The notes: a model not told the origin generated them from the letters alone. A DNA stretch of 63,933 bases, filler included, from Octopus bimaculoides (GCF_001194135.2; 6 parts of 6 records of this genome joined end to end with filler, not necessarily neighbours in it), one strand, 5' to 3'; positions 38,600-50,930 are shown, numbered from the whole stretch's first letter. Numbers and translations are program-made.

Positions 38600-38960
38600 A
38601 TAGAGGAAGAGAGGTAGATTAACTTAAGGTCTACAACTGGAGAAAGATATATAGAAAGATATGCTGTGCTTATATAGGTTGTGGCAGGTGATACTAAAGG
38701 GTATGGTGTAGAAGTGAGAAGTCGGCGATGAGAGTTGGATGTTGTTACTTCGGTCAGACTGTCAGAATGTGGTTGAGTGTAATAGAAAAGCTAAATTTCA
38801 GAGGGGCCTGGGAACGTTCAGATGACGTGTCTGTGTAGTTGAGATGAGTGGTCAGGGTAAGATAGGTAGGGAGAAATGAGGTTATGTTAACAAAATGGGG
38901 AAAGAGAAATGCAAATAAAGCCAAGATGAATAAGTTCTCAAAAAATAACCTGGCAGCTTC
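38600..38960 (-). mobile_element. Possible CR1/L2-like LINE 3' remnant
   Basis: Weak resemblance of the minus strand (...IFSPVVDLK) to LINE ORF2 C-termini. Confidence 0.25.
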
Positions 38961-39349
38961 CCACCCCACTTCTCAGTCGTAGAGTAGGAATGGCGTAAAT
39001 AACTGGAGATATATAAAGAGAATCAGGAGTACATTTTAAAGAAACGCATTCGTTGATTGTAAGGAACCATAATTATTGGACAAATATAGTGAGTGGAAAA
39101 GTAAAGATTTAATATTTAATGAGGATAAGAAGAAATGCATATGCGCAAATATAATGATTAGTTAAAACATGACATAAGCAATTAAAACAAAATGCTTGAT
39201 ATGTATGTATGTATGTGGTTATCTAGAACAGTCCACCACTCCAAATGAACTACTGCGGTCTATGTTTATATTAAGAATTTCTTCTCCGGATAGTTATTGA
39301 AGAAGAAATATATATATGCTTGTGCGTGCTTGTGCGTGCTTGTGCGTGC

Positions 39350-39434
<85 letters not shown>

Positions 39435-40587
39435 TGAGTGTATGTGGTGTGGGATACAACAAATAATAATATAAAAAAATATGCCCGTTAAATATACGTA
39501 ACATTACTTTATATACAAATAGAATCTTTTGAGATATATCCTATTTGGGAATTTGTACGTCTTTACTACAAATTTCCATGTCGTCAGGGTAAATCGGGAA
39601 TTGTGTCACAATTTTCAGTATTCATACTTTTGAACAGCTGTTATTAGGGATCGTACAGAAAGTTTTTATTTACTTCCGATAATGAGCTTAATGAGAAAAT
39701 CTTTAAATTTTGCAAACGGTTAAACTGAAGTATCTTAAATGTATCCTCTACGATAATTACGCATTAATTTCTCGAATAGGAATTCAAGTGATCTAATACC
39801 TGGATTCTCATCGCTGTGGCCGATGGAGAATTAGACATTAATTTATGTTGTTCAACAACATCAGAATATAACAAGCAATTCAGACTCATTGAATATGTTT
39901 AAAAGAAAGCCAGGCAAGTACAATTATTGTGTGAAAGAAAGAAAAGTGTTCGACTCTGAGGACTAACAACTGGGTGTTATAATATATCAATGACTGCAAA
40001 GCAACACCTTAGCAAGACTTGGGAATGAATAAACCTACAGTAAGAATAATTATAATAGAAGTGGACGACTGAATGGAGAATCCGCATCACTACATCGATT
40101 TATCAAGAAATATCAAAATAGCATGACACACGGAGCATCTTTTGTATTTCTCAATGGAGAGTTGCAAGTAATGTAGAAATCCTCTATGCCGCATGGTTAT
40201 TAAAACGAATTTGTTTGGCATCTGCTTTGCAGTTAGAAAATATATACAGCGTGCAACAAACGGCCTTCTGCACTCATTCCTTCGATGCTTATTATCCTGG
40301 TAGGTATTCACTGTGTCTTGATATAACCAATATTTCAATATCGTTTTGTTTTTTGCTACTGCCATCGTTTGAAACGGTATACACTCTGAGTTTGCTTCAA
40401 AACTTTTGTCAACCTGCTAAATATGGGATGTTTTTACCGTACTATGTATAAGAGAATAATATTTCAGTTTATGTAGAAATACATTCAAAACCATCTTATC
40501 AAATAAGTTGTAATCTGTATTTAAATTGTCAAAAGATAGTTCTTTTATTAGAAGAAAACGCGAAATGTGGCCGATATTCTTTTCTAG

Positions 40588-40731
40588 GCCCGAAATTTTG
40601 GGGGAGTGGGCCAGTCGATTAAATTTAACCCAGTACGCTACTGGTACTTAGTTTATCGAGCCCTAAAGGATGAAAGGCAAAGTCGACCTCGACGGAATTT
40701 GAACTCAAAACATAAAGACAGACGAAATACC
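40588..40731 (-). mobile_element. SINE family B lacking its head
   Basis: Begins at GGTATTTCGTCTGTC directly after the LINE tail. Confidence 0.85.
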
Positions 40732-41986
40732 AATTTCTTTATTGCCCACAGGGGGCCAAACACAGACATGGACAAAACAACTGATTGGGATCAGTGATAC
40801 GTTATGATTTTACATAAAATATGAATATAAAAATTATATAAAATATAAACAAAAGTCGAATGAAATTAACAATACAGAGACAACACAAATGTAGCGATGA
40901 TCAGGCCCCCTCCGACCCCACAAGCCCCGATCTATCGTTGGTACCTTTTTTGTTCTTCTTTTATAGCCTATTCACACGGTTCCTTGCACGAATAATACTC
41001 GTGCAACATGCTTTCATCTTTTTTTGAACATAGTCTTCGACAGACACCTCTTCTCCAGCTCCACCTTACTTTTCAAAAGAAAAGTAAAAAACAATTATCG
41101 TAAATCGTGGCCTGAGATAAAGTTGCTTGTCTTAATACCTTTTACCCTAGTCTTCCATACTGCCTCTTTCACTATTGCTACAACTGTGACAAAAGAATTC
41201 TTACCTTCGTTTGTTAAAACTTCCGGTGGGTCAATTTTTATAATTGACTCAGTCGACAGCCGTACTCTTCCTTCGCTGGACAACAGGTGTTCAGCATAAA
41301 CCCACATTTCAGATATCTCCGGACTCTGGACAATAGCGTGAGGGACGGTTTCCCTGCCTCCCCTGCATCTTGGACAGGCTGGAGACTGACGCTTACCATG
41401 TCTTGCGAGCTTATCCCAAACGGGCAAGGTACCTCTGTAACATTGTCAGGTCAAAGACATTTGGAAGTTGTCCAACGTTCTCAACCCGAATGTACGATGG
41501 AACAGGCTGTTCAGTTGAATATACCCGAGACCTAGAGTCGCCTCCAGGCCATCGGCACATTCATTCTCTACCAACTATACAAAATTCGTGTAGAATCTCC
41601 CACTGCTGGTGTTGCTGAGCGCCAGAATAGCAGGAGGGCCTTGCGGCACTCTTTATGCCATTCACTCGACCTCGGTCTACGAATACACCAGGATTCCTCT
41701 TCGCAAAAACTTTTGAACTCAGGGAACAATGGTCTGGACAGCGGAAACCACACCCGTTCCCCATCCAAGAGAATCCAGAGATGCCTCAACCTCAATGCAT
41801 ACCTGCGCATCATTATCCAAAGCATCCCTAAACCCCCCTTTAACAGTTTTTGATAACAGAGCATTTCACAAGTGGCGACCTGCCCTTCCACAAAAAGCGA
41901 AAGAGCTATCTCTCCAACCTGATCAACCACGAATCCAGACAGGGCACGACGGTCAGGCGGTAGGTAATGACCGATGCGATAAACAC
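40732..41986 (-). mobile_element. Tx1/L1-clade LINE, 5'-truncated 3' end of ORF2 plus 3' UTR
   Basis: SVITYRL...LFRFLWKG...KGGLGM...LRLRHL, CPRCRGGRETVPHAIVQ zinc knuckle, AVWKTR; tail ...CCCCTGTGGGCAATAAAGAAATT. Confidence 0.85.
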
Positions 41987-42756
41987 ATTGGAGGTTTGTG
42001 TTCCAGATGTCGTCTAATTTTCTTTTAGTTGATTAGATAGGTGAAGATATGGGGTTGGGGTGGCTTTCATTTAGTGTATGCTGGTTGTTGTTTGGTTTGT
42101 TGATGAAGACCTTGTTAAGTGTCGTACAAATGTTGCTTAGGTCCTTGCTGACCTGTTCTTGTTTGTGCATGAGTTCATTTGGTTTGTCATCTATGAGGCG
42201 TTGTTCTTCATTACTGGTTTTGTTCATATTAAATGAGTTTCGTTCTGGGCATAACAGATTTATATTCTTACTGACCTGATCATCGTGGATTTTTCTTTCC
42301 TGTGTGAGTTGGTTTGAATCCTGTATTATATATATACATATATATATATATACATACATATAAACATTATATANNNNNNNNNNNNNNNNNNNNNNNNNNN
42401 NNNNNNNNNNNNNNNNNNNNNNNNNNNNNNNNNNNNNNNNNNNNNNNNNNNNNNNNNNNNNNNNNNNNNNNNNNNNNNNNNNNNNNNNNNNNNNNNNNNN
42501 NNNNNNNNNNNNNNNNNNNNNNNNNNNNNNNNNNNNNNNNNNNNNNNNNNNNNNNNNNNNNNNNNNNNNNNNNNNNNNNNNNNNNNNNNNNNNNNNNNNN
42601 NNNNNNNNNNNNNNNNNNNNNNNNNNNNNNNNNNNNNNNNNNNNNNNNNNNNNNNNNNNNNNNNNNNNNNNNNNNNNNNNNNNNNNNNNNNNNNNNNNNN
42701 NNNNNNNNNNNNNNNNNNNNNNNNNNNNNNNNNNNNNNNNNNNNNNNNNNNNNNNN

Positions 42757-42811
<55 letters not shown>

Positions 42812-42829
42812 TGTATATAATTTGTTACA

Positions 42830-43040
42830 GGGAATTTTGCAAAACAGCTACTAATAGTTACATGTTTCAGAGATACAATAATTTGGCAGATTTATATAAC
42901 GAGAGGTATCTCTAAACAATCTTTCACGCATATCTTTAGATGTATCTAAAAGATAGATGGCATGTTATGTATGTTTGCCAAATTATTGTATCTCTAAAGT
43001 ATCAAACTATAAGCAGCTCTTTGTAAACTGTGTAGATCAA
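42830..43040. mobile_element. MITE-like inverted repeat
   Basis: Perfect 20-bp IR AGAGATACAATAATTTGGCA (42869-42888) / TGCCAAATTATTGTATCTCT (42976-42995), with looser outer arms. Confidence 0.6.
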
Positions 43041-43110
43041 ATGATAGTTATCTTTCAATAGATGCAATACGTTTTTTGCTGATCCTATAACTAAACTTTA
43101 AACTATATAA

Positions 43111-43156
<46 letters not shown>

Positions 43157-43203
43157 ATCTCTCTCCCTCTCTCTTTCTTTCTCTCTTTATTTCTCTCCCT
43201 CTC

Positions 43204-43245
<42 letters not shown>

Positions 43246-43247
43246 GG

Positions 43248-43428
43248 AGAGCTTGCAGAAGCATGAGCGTGTCTGACAAAATCTTTACAGCATTTCGTCA
43301 GTCTTTATGTTCTGAGTTCAAATTCTGACGAAAATGACTTTACTTTTCATGCTTTCGGGATGGATCAAAGAAGCACTAGTTGAGCCCCACACTCCGAAAT
43401 TGCTAGCATTGTGCCAAAATCTGAAACC
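43248..43428 (+). mobile_element. SINE family B, diverged
   Basis: GAGCTTGCAGAAGCATGAGC...GTTCTGAGTTCAAATTC...GCATTGTGCCAAAATCTGAAAC. Confidence 0.75.
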
Positions 43429-43568
43429 GGGTTTCCGATAGCCACTGATCTTTGATGAGAGAGATAAAATCTTGGCAATCTTATATCTACTTTTCCAGTG
43501 AAATTCTTCACTGATATCGAAAAGGTGAAAACAAGCAATGTTAATTCTCTAAATGAAGTATTAACAGT

Positions 43569-43609
43569 AACGCTGACGAAGGGAAATAACCCTGAAACCC
43601 GGGTCCGTT
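43569..43609 (+). ncRNA. Type I hammerhead ribozyme, intact core, GUC site
   Basis: AACG-CTGACGA-AGGG aaataa CCCT-GAAA-CCCGG-GTC-CGTT; predicted cleavage after 43605. Confidence 0.85.
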
Positions 43610-43888
43610 CGTGCTACAGATCATGATGGGAGGGATAACTTCCCTTGGCAAACAGGACGCAGTAGTGTGTCGATAAGCCAGCTGGAGGAGATGTCCTCCT
43701 GGGGCTAAAAGCAACAGTAACATCCACCCCTAGGGGTCAGCCACACTTAAATGGCAATATACTACACTTTATCGTGCAGTTACTGTTANNNNNNNNNNNN
43801 NNNNNNNNNNNNNNNNNNNNNNNNNNNNNNNNTTAATTAATTAANNNNNNNNNNNNNNNNNNNNNNNNNNNNNNNNNNNNNNNNNNNN

Positions 43889-43950
<62 letters not shown>

Positions 43951-44428
43951 CAGTGAGATTCAGGATATATATAAACCTCTGTTTAAAACTAAAGAAATAC
44001 ACAATAAACTAAAGAAATACACAATAAACGATCTAAGGCTATAAAGATATTCTTTCCCTTCCTAAAGAAATAACTGAAATTCCCAAATCAATTGAATAAT
44101 CATTGTGGTAGTGTTACAGTCTGGCATTCAAGGTACTTTTCATATTTACTGGTGAGATAGTAGTAGTCATTTGTTTCGATGTTATTCTATACTTTAAAAT
44201 ATGTCCATAGGTTTTATTCGAGGCTATGTATGTATGTATGTATGTATGTATGTATGTATGTATGTATGTATATATATATTAACTATTATATACACACATA
44301 CATACATATATATATGTGTGTGTGTGTGTGTAATAGTTAATCCCCCAAAAAGATGAGGAAAAAATACAACGTGAGGATGTGGTAGATGCAAACTATTAAC
44401 AAGATGCTCAGGGAAGGAAGGAAAGGTG

Positions 44429-44463
44429 GTTTTACGTTTCGAGCAAAGCTCTTCGTCAGAAAC
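44429..44463 (-). ncRNA. Minimal type I hammerhead ribozyme, intact core, GUA site
   Basis: GTTT-CTGACGA-A-GAGC ttt GCTC-GAAA-C-GTA-AAAC; stem III reduced to the ACGU palindrome. Confidence 0.8.
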
Positions 44464-44469
44464 AGGAGA

Positions 44470-45015
44470 CTACTACTACTACTACTATAACAACAGCAGC
44501 GTTGTCAATACAGCAGTAACGCACAATTATCGCTATAACAATCACAAGAACAACAGAAACAACAACAACCACAAAATCAACGATAACAACAACGAGGTCC
44601 AGCTGTGACCAAGAGAATTTGTTCAACACCACCACCACCACCACCACCACCACTACCACACCAACCACCACCAGCGCCACGTCCGCCGCCGCCGCCACCT
44701 TCACACACTGCCCCACCCCGCCATAGTTACGACTGTCGCTATCATACGACATCACCACAATCCCCAATCATCACCTCCACCACCACCACCACCACTACCA
44801 TAATACTGCCTTACCTACAGTTACTACCAACGCCACACTGCCAACCAACCATAAAATACAACTGTTACCACCACCATCACTACCACCACTACCGACGACA
44901 ACAACAACAACAACAACACCATTACCATTGCTACCACTACTATTAACACCACTACAGCCATTATCATCACTATCAACACTACCACCGCTCCCACTGCCAC
45001 CTCCCCCGCCACCGT
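44470..45015. repeat. (ACC/AAC/ACT) low-complexity tract
   Basis: Degenerate trinucleotide repeats; its ORFs are artefacts. Confidence 0.9.
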
Positions 45016-45185
45016 ACATCGATTTGATCTCTGTCGAAAACTAGGTCGGCTTCTCGTTTCTCAGGTGCTGGGTTATCAATGTAATGTCGTGGTGTTCAAT
45101 CGTTTCTCGTACCAAATTCTGAAGACATGAGGAACCTCAAAGACGACAAAAACCGTTGACATGAAATAAAATAGCTGTCTAGACC

Positions 45186-45260
45186 TACTATAGCCTTGGG
45201 CCGACCAAAGCCTTGTGAGTGGATTTGGTAGACGGAAACTGAAAGAAGCCTGTCATATAT
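45186..45260 (+). mobile_element. SINE family A fragment
   Basis: CTACTATAGCCTTGGGCCGACCAAAGCCTTGTGAGTGGATTTGG. Confidence 0.85.
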
Positions 45261-46220
45261 ATATATGTATGTATATATATATATATNNNNNNNNNNNNNN
45301 NNNNNNNNNNNNNNNNNNNNNNNNNNNNNNNNNNNNNNNNNNNNNNNNNNNNNNNNNNNNNNNNNNNNNNNNNNNNNNNNNNNNNNNNNNNNNNNNNNNN
45401 NNNNNNNNNNNNNNNNNNNNNNNNNNNNNNNNNNNNNNNNNNNNNNNNNNNNNNNNNNNNNNNNNNNNNNNNNNNNNNNNNNNNNNNNNNNNNNNNNNNN
45501 NNNNNNNNNNNNNNNNNNNNNNNNNNNNNNNNNNNNNNNNNNNNNNNNNNNNNNNNNNNNNNNNNNNNNNNNNNNNNNNNNNNNNNNNNNNNNNNNNNNN
45601 NNNNNNNNNNNNNNNNNNNNNNNNNNNNNNNNNNNNNNNNNNNNNNNNNNNNNNNNNNNNNNNNNNNNNNNNNNNNNNNNNNNNNNNNNNNNNNNNNNNN
45701 NNNNNNNNNNNNNNNNNNNNNNNNNNNNNNNNNNNNNNNNNNNNNNNNNNNNNNNNNNNNNNNNNNNNNNNNNNNNNNNNNNNNNNNNNNNNNNNNNNNN
45801 NNNNNNNNNNNNNNNNNNNNNNNNNNNNNNNNNNNNNNNNNNNNNNNNNNNNNNNNNNNNNNNNNNNNNNNNNNNNNNNNNNNNNNNNNNNNNNNNNNNN
45901 NNNNNNNNNNNNNNNNNNNNNNNNNNNNNNNNNNNNNNNNNNNNNNNNNNNNNNNNNNNNNNNNNNNNNNNNNNNNNNNNNNNNNNNNNNNNNNNNNNNN
46001 NNNNNNNNNNNNNNNNNNNNNNNNNNNNNNNNNNNNNNNNNNNNNNNNNNNNNNNNNNNNNNNNNNNNNNNNNNNNNNNNNNNNNNNNNNNNNNNNNNNN
46101 NNNNNNNNNNNNNNNNNNNNNNNNNNNNNNNNNNNNNNNNNNNNNNNNNNNNNNNNNNNNNNNNNNNNNNNNNNNNNNNNNNNNNNNNNNNNNNNNNNNN
46201 NNNNNNNNNNNNNNNNNNNN

Positions 46221-46272
<52 letters not shown>

Positions 46273-47170
46273 TCTGTGTGTCTGTGTGTGTGTGTGTGTG
46301 CGTTCGCGCGCGTGCGCGCGCGCGCGTGAATTAAGAGCAGGCAAAAATCTGCATTCTGAACAACTGGAGCAATGCATTGACATAAAAATGAATTCGATTT
46401 TTGAAAATAGGAAGGGACACCGCACCCTCTCCCACACAACTCAAACAAAAATGAATGATGCAACAGTAATGTCTTGGTTACGACATTGGCAGATGATGCA
46501 ATGATTGTTCAAAAATCTCAGAATTAAAGAAAAATTTGTTTTTCTGTCATTGTTGTTTCTGCTTGTTTTTACTTTCACCGTTCACTTGATTGACAACCGG
46601 CTGCTATGCTAATGTGCTGTCAGATAAACAATCTTGTTTTTCGGATTTTAAACGTGTCTGCTGCTAGATTTTGCCTATCGTTTTCGTCTAATAATCTCCG
46701 TTGTTTAAAGGTTTTTTTCATTTCACGGTATTAAATGAGTGATACCCTAATCGATGTATGTTTAGTTATTTAGTTTGCAAAGGTGTTTATCATTGTCTTA
46801 CGTTTTATTTCACCTCAGTAATATTTTTGTAATCAGTCATGGCTTTTCCTAGTCGAGGTTGGCTTTAGGGTTTGGAGATTACGTATCCAGTCGGTGCGAA
46901 GGATGCTTACAGGAATTGGTATGAGGAGAAAAGAGCGATGGGTAGTTGTGCGCAGGATGGGAGAAGCAACTAAAAGAGTCTCTCGTTGGTTATAGAGCAA
47001 AGGACAAGGGATGATGAGCAGTGATTTGGCTCCCTTCTACTGATTTACCAAAACGTAAGGGAGTTAGGGCTCAGGGTCGAAACACCTGACAATCGTTGGA
47101 TAACGATTGATGACATCAGTTCCTCCCGGTCAAAGTTATACCACATACGTACGTATGTGTGTGTGTGTGT

Positions 47171-47328
47171 AGGAGTGGCTGTGTGGTAAGAGGCTTGCTT
47201 TCCAACCACATGGTTTCGGGTTCAGTCCTACTGTATGGGACCTTTAGTAGGTGTCTTCTACTATAACCTCGGGCCAACCAGAGCCTTGTGAATGGATTTG
47301 GTAGGCGGAAACTGAAAGAAGCCCGTCG

Positions 47329-47330
<2 letters not shown>
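47171..47330 (+). mobile_element. SINE family A 5' half
   Basis: GGCTGTGTGGTAAGAGGCTTGC...GGGTTCAGTCC...GAAAGAAGCCCGTCG. Confidence 0.9.
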
Positions 47331-47373
<43 letters not shown>

Positions 47374-47374
<1 letters not shown>

Positions 47375-47514
47375 CGAAGGGCTTCTTTCAGTATCTGTCT
47401 ATTTTGACCGGCCCGTGGCTAATAGCGGAAGACGCACTTTGCCGAAGTAGCCGCTCAATGGGACTGAACCGAAGACCACGAAGTTGGTAAGCAAGCCTCT
47501 CAACCACACAGCCA
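47374..47514 (-). mobile_element. SINE family A 5' half, inverted relative to 47171
   Basis: GGGCTTCTTTCAGT...GGACTGAACC...ACCACACAGCC. Confidence 0.85.
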
Positions 47515-48505
47515 AAACAAAAATTTGTAAATAAAGGCCCTTAACTGTCGCTATGTAGACGTCCTTGGATTTCATTGTTTACGAAATTTTTATTCTAGTT
47601 TGTGAACTACGAAGTGAGTCTGGCCATCACACATTCTACGTTGCTCCTCTCTTTCTTTCCTACTCCCCTTCAGCCTTGCATGTTTATCGGTGTTAGCATC
47701 TTGTGAAATCCGATCGCACTTATTAATGTTCTAAGAAACATCAACAAAGCGAACATGCTGCGGATAGGTGTGCATGTACGCGCATGCGTTTGTGTGTGTG
47801 TGTGAAGGTATATTTTATGTATATGTGATTGTACATGTGTGTAGTATGTGTGCGTGAGTGTATGCATATTTATGTATGTACCTATGTATGTAGGTATGTA
47901 TGTGTGTATGTATATGTATATGTGTGGATGTTATGTGGGAATCGAAAAAACGAAAAAAAATGGTGGGAGACGGAAAAATTTGTCCAAGCAGACATTATGC
48001 CGAAGATAATTGTGTGTGTGTGTGTGTGTGTGTGAGTGAGTGACTGAGTATGTGAATGAATGAGTGAGTGAGTGAGTATGTGTACGAAGTTAAGAGTGGA
48101 GAAAGTTTAAAAAAGAAAGAAGAAAGAGAGAAACTGTGATTACTAGAAAGAGGAGAGAAAAACTGAGCAAAATAGAAAGAAGGAGAGACAAAGAGACTGA
48201 CAGAGAAGACGATAGATAGATAGATAGATAGATGAAGAGTAAGGGAGACAGTGAGAGAGAGAGAGGCAGTTAGTTAAGAAGAGAGAGGAGAAGATAAAGA
48301 GATCACGAAGTGGGAGGAGTGACCGGAAGGGAGGTAATTCTAATAATGTACTTTTAAGCCGTTGCCACACATGCCAGTTGCTGCTGTTACGAACGAAACG
48401 TGTACGGAACGAACGGCTGTTGTCTGCGATGATGTAATAAGACAACTAGTGTATCGTATATACATGTTTACATCAGCGCGTACGTAAACACATACCTATA
48501 CCTCC

Positions 48506-48557
<52 letters not shown>

Positions 48558-48808
48558 GTCTGTCTGTCTGTCTGTTTGTCTTGCTTGCTCATTCTTGATC
48601 TTCAACTGAATCATAACGTAAGTACAGACGCACTTCGGCAAAAGGTCTTTATTTTCTCGGAATGAATGGTCTCTAAGTGCCTTTCCACGTATTCCCTTGT
48701 TTACGCCTTTTTTTGTTTTGTTTTGTAAATGCTGGACACACGCAAACACTCACACGCACTCACAGACACACACGCAGTCACATAGACACATACGCATATG
48801 TTTGCCTC

Positions 48809-48859
<51 letters not shown>

Positions 48860-48898
48860 TAAGGAATGGAGAAAACGCATGTTATAATTGCATACTTT

Positions 48899-48984
48899 AT
48901 TCCTACATATGTTTCAAAGGATTACAACCTGTGTGATCCATAGGGATCTGTGATGTTAAAATTGTAACCTTCTCTTCAGGGAAT
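48899..48984 (-). ncRNA. Type I hammerhead ribozyme, intact core, extended stem II
   Basis: ATTCC-CTGAAGA-GAAGGTTACAA...TTGTAATCCTTT-GAAA-CATAT-GTA-GGAAT. Confidence 0.85.
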
Positions 48985-49180
48985 GCATGGGAATCATCTT
49001 AAACGTAAGACTTTATGATATATATATATAAATATATACGGGAAGAGTTATTCTCTTTTAGTGCTTTATTGATACACTCNNNNNNNNNNNNNNNNNNNNN
49101 NNNNNNNNNNNNNNNNNNNNNNNTTAATTAATTAANNNNNNNNNNNNNNNNNNNNNNNNNNNNNNNNNNNNNNNNNNNNG

Positions 49181-49615
<435 letters not shown>

Positions 49616-50824
49616 TATCTGTGACAAGTACACCTTTCAAAGAAGCAATAGTTCATGTGTTTATTCATACAGAAAAGCAACCATCAATTTCAAGTCGATC
49701 CATATAAAAACTACTTCATATAACTGTAAATATATCCTTACAGGAAATATGATTAAACATGGTAATGAGGACCTCTCAACACTGTTTTATAAAACTGAAA
49801 TTACATCCACAACAGTGAAATAATATACACTATGAAATTTTTAATAAAAGCATTGNNNNNNNNNNNNNNNNNNNNNNNNNNNNNNNNNNNNNNNNNNNNN
49901 NNNNNNNNNNNNNNNNNNNNNNNNNNNNNNNNNNNNNNNNNNNNNNNNNNNNNNNNNNNNNNNNNNNNNNNNNNNNNNNNNNNNNNNNNNNNNNNNNNNN
50001 NNNNNNNNNNNNNNNNNNNNNNNNNNNNNNNNNNNNNNNNNNNNNNNNNNNNNNNNNNNNNNNNNNNNNNNNNNNNNNNNNNNNNNNNNNNNNNNNNNNN
50101 NNNNNNNNNNNNNNNNNNNNNNNNNNNNNNNNNNNNNNNNNNNNNNNNNNNNNNNNNNNNNNNNNNNNNNNNNNNNNNNNNNNNNNNNNNNNNNNNNNNN
50201 NNNNNNNNNNNNNNNNNNNNNNNNNNNNNNNNNNNNNNNNNNNNNNNNNNNNNNNNNNNNNNNNNNNNNNNNNNNNNNNNNNNNNNNNNNNNNNNNNNNN
50301 NNNNNNNNNNNNNNNNNNNNNNNNNNNNNNNNNNNNNNNNNNNNNNNNNNNNNNNNNNNNNNNNNNNNNNNNNNNNNNNNNNNNNNNNNNNNNNNNNNNN
50401 NNNNNNNNNNNNNNNNNNNNNNNNNNNNNNNNNNNNNNNNNNNNNNNNNNNNNNNNNNNNNNNNNNNNNNNNNNNNNNNNNNNNNNNNNNNNNNNNNNNN
50501 NNNNNNNNNNNNNNNNNNNNNNNNNNNNNNNNNNNAAATTACTTCAAATTCTTCTATATTATTAACATATTCACCACCCTTCATTTTGCCAACCGTTTTT
50601 CAGAGTGAATTTGGCACATTTTCTAGTAGCACCAACACTAATCAGTTTGAATAATAGGATCTTAGAACCCCATACATTCTCTGCTGACCACTATACAATC
50701 TGTATTGGGCATATTTTTGTGGTACCAGCAGAAGAGAGATTATTTTGCTCACTGGTCACTCTTGAGGAAGAGTGACTTAACAGATTTCCAATGTGGTACT
50801 AGTATAGGAAGGTGGTACATTTGG

Positions 50825-50930
50825 CTTTTGACAGGGTGTCACGCTCTGCTAATGTGGTGGGTACTAAGAAACTAGGTGTAGATGAATGCTTGTGGGGGTT
50901 GTACAAGCTATATACAATGATGTAGCATGC
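50825..50930 (+). pseudogene. RTE-clade reverse transcriptase fragment
   Basis: With frameshifts reads AFDRVSRS..WWVLRKLGVDE...VQAIY, matching the KAFDRVPR..IWW.LRKLGV motif. Confidence 0.6.

Noticed and set aside
40050-40400. Possible piggyBac C-terminal Cys-rich remnant (KRCSVCH)
   Set aside because: Similarity too weak; no TIR or TTAA evidence.
42033-42330. Asn/Gln-rich minus-strand frame upstream of the Tx1 fragment
   Set aside because: Truncated by a gap, with no recognisable motif; could be another TE fragment.
45096-46504. Long ORFs (354-455 aa) and similar X-rich ORFs at 42.0-42.8k, 49.8-50.6k, 51.3-51.9k, 56.2-56.7k and 58.3-58.9k
   Set aside because: They simply run through N gaps and microsatellites.
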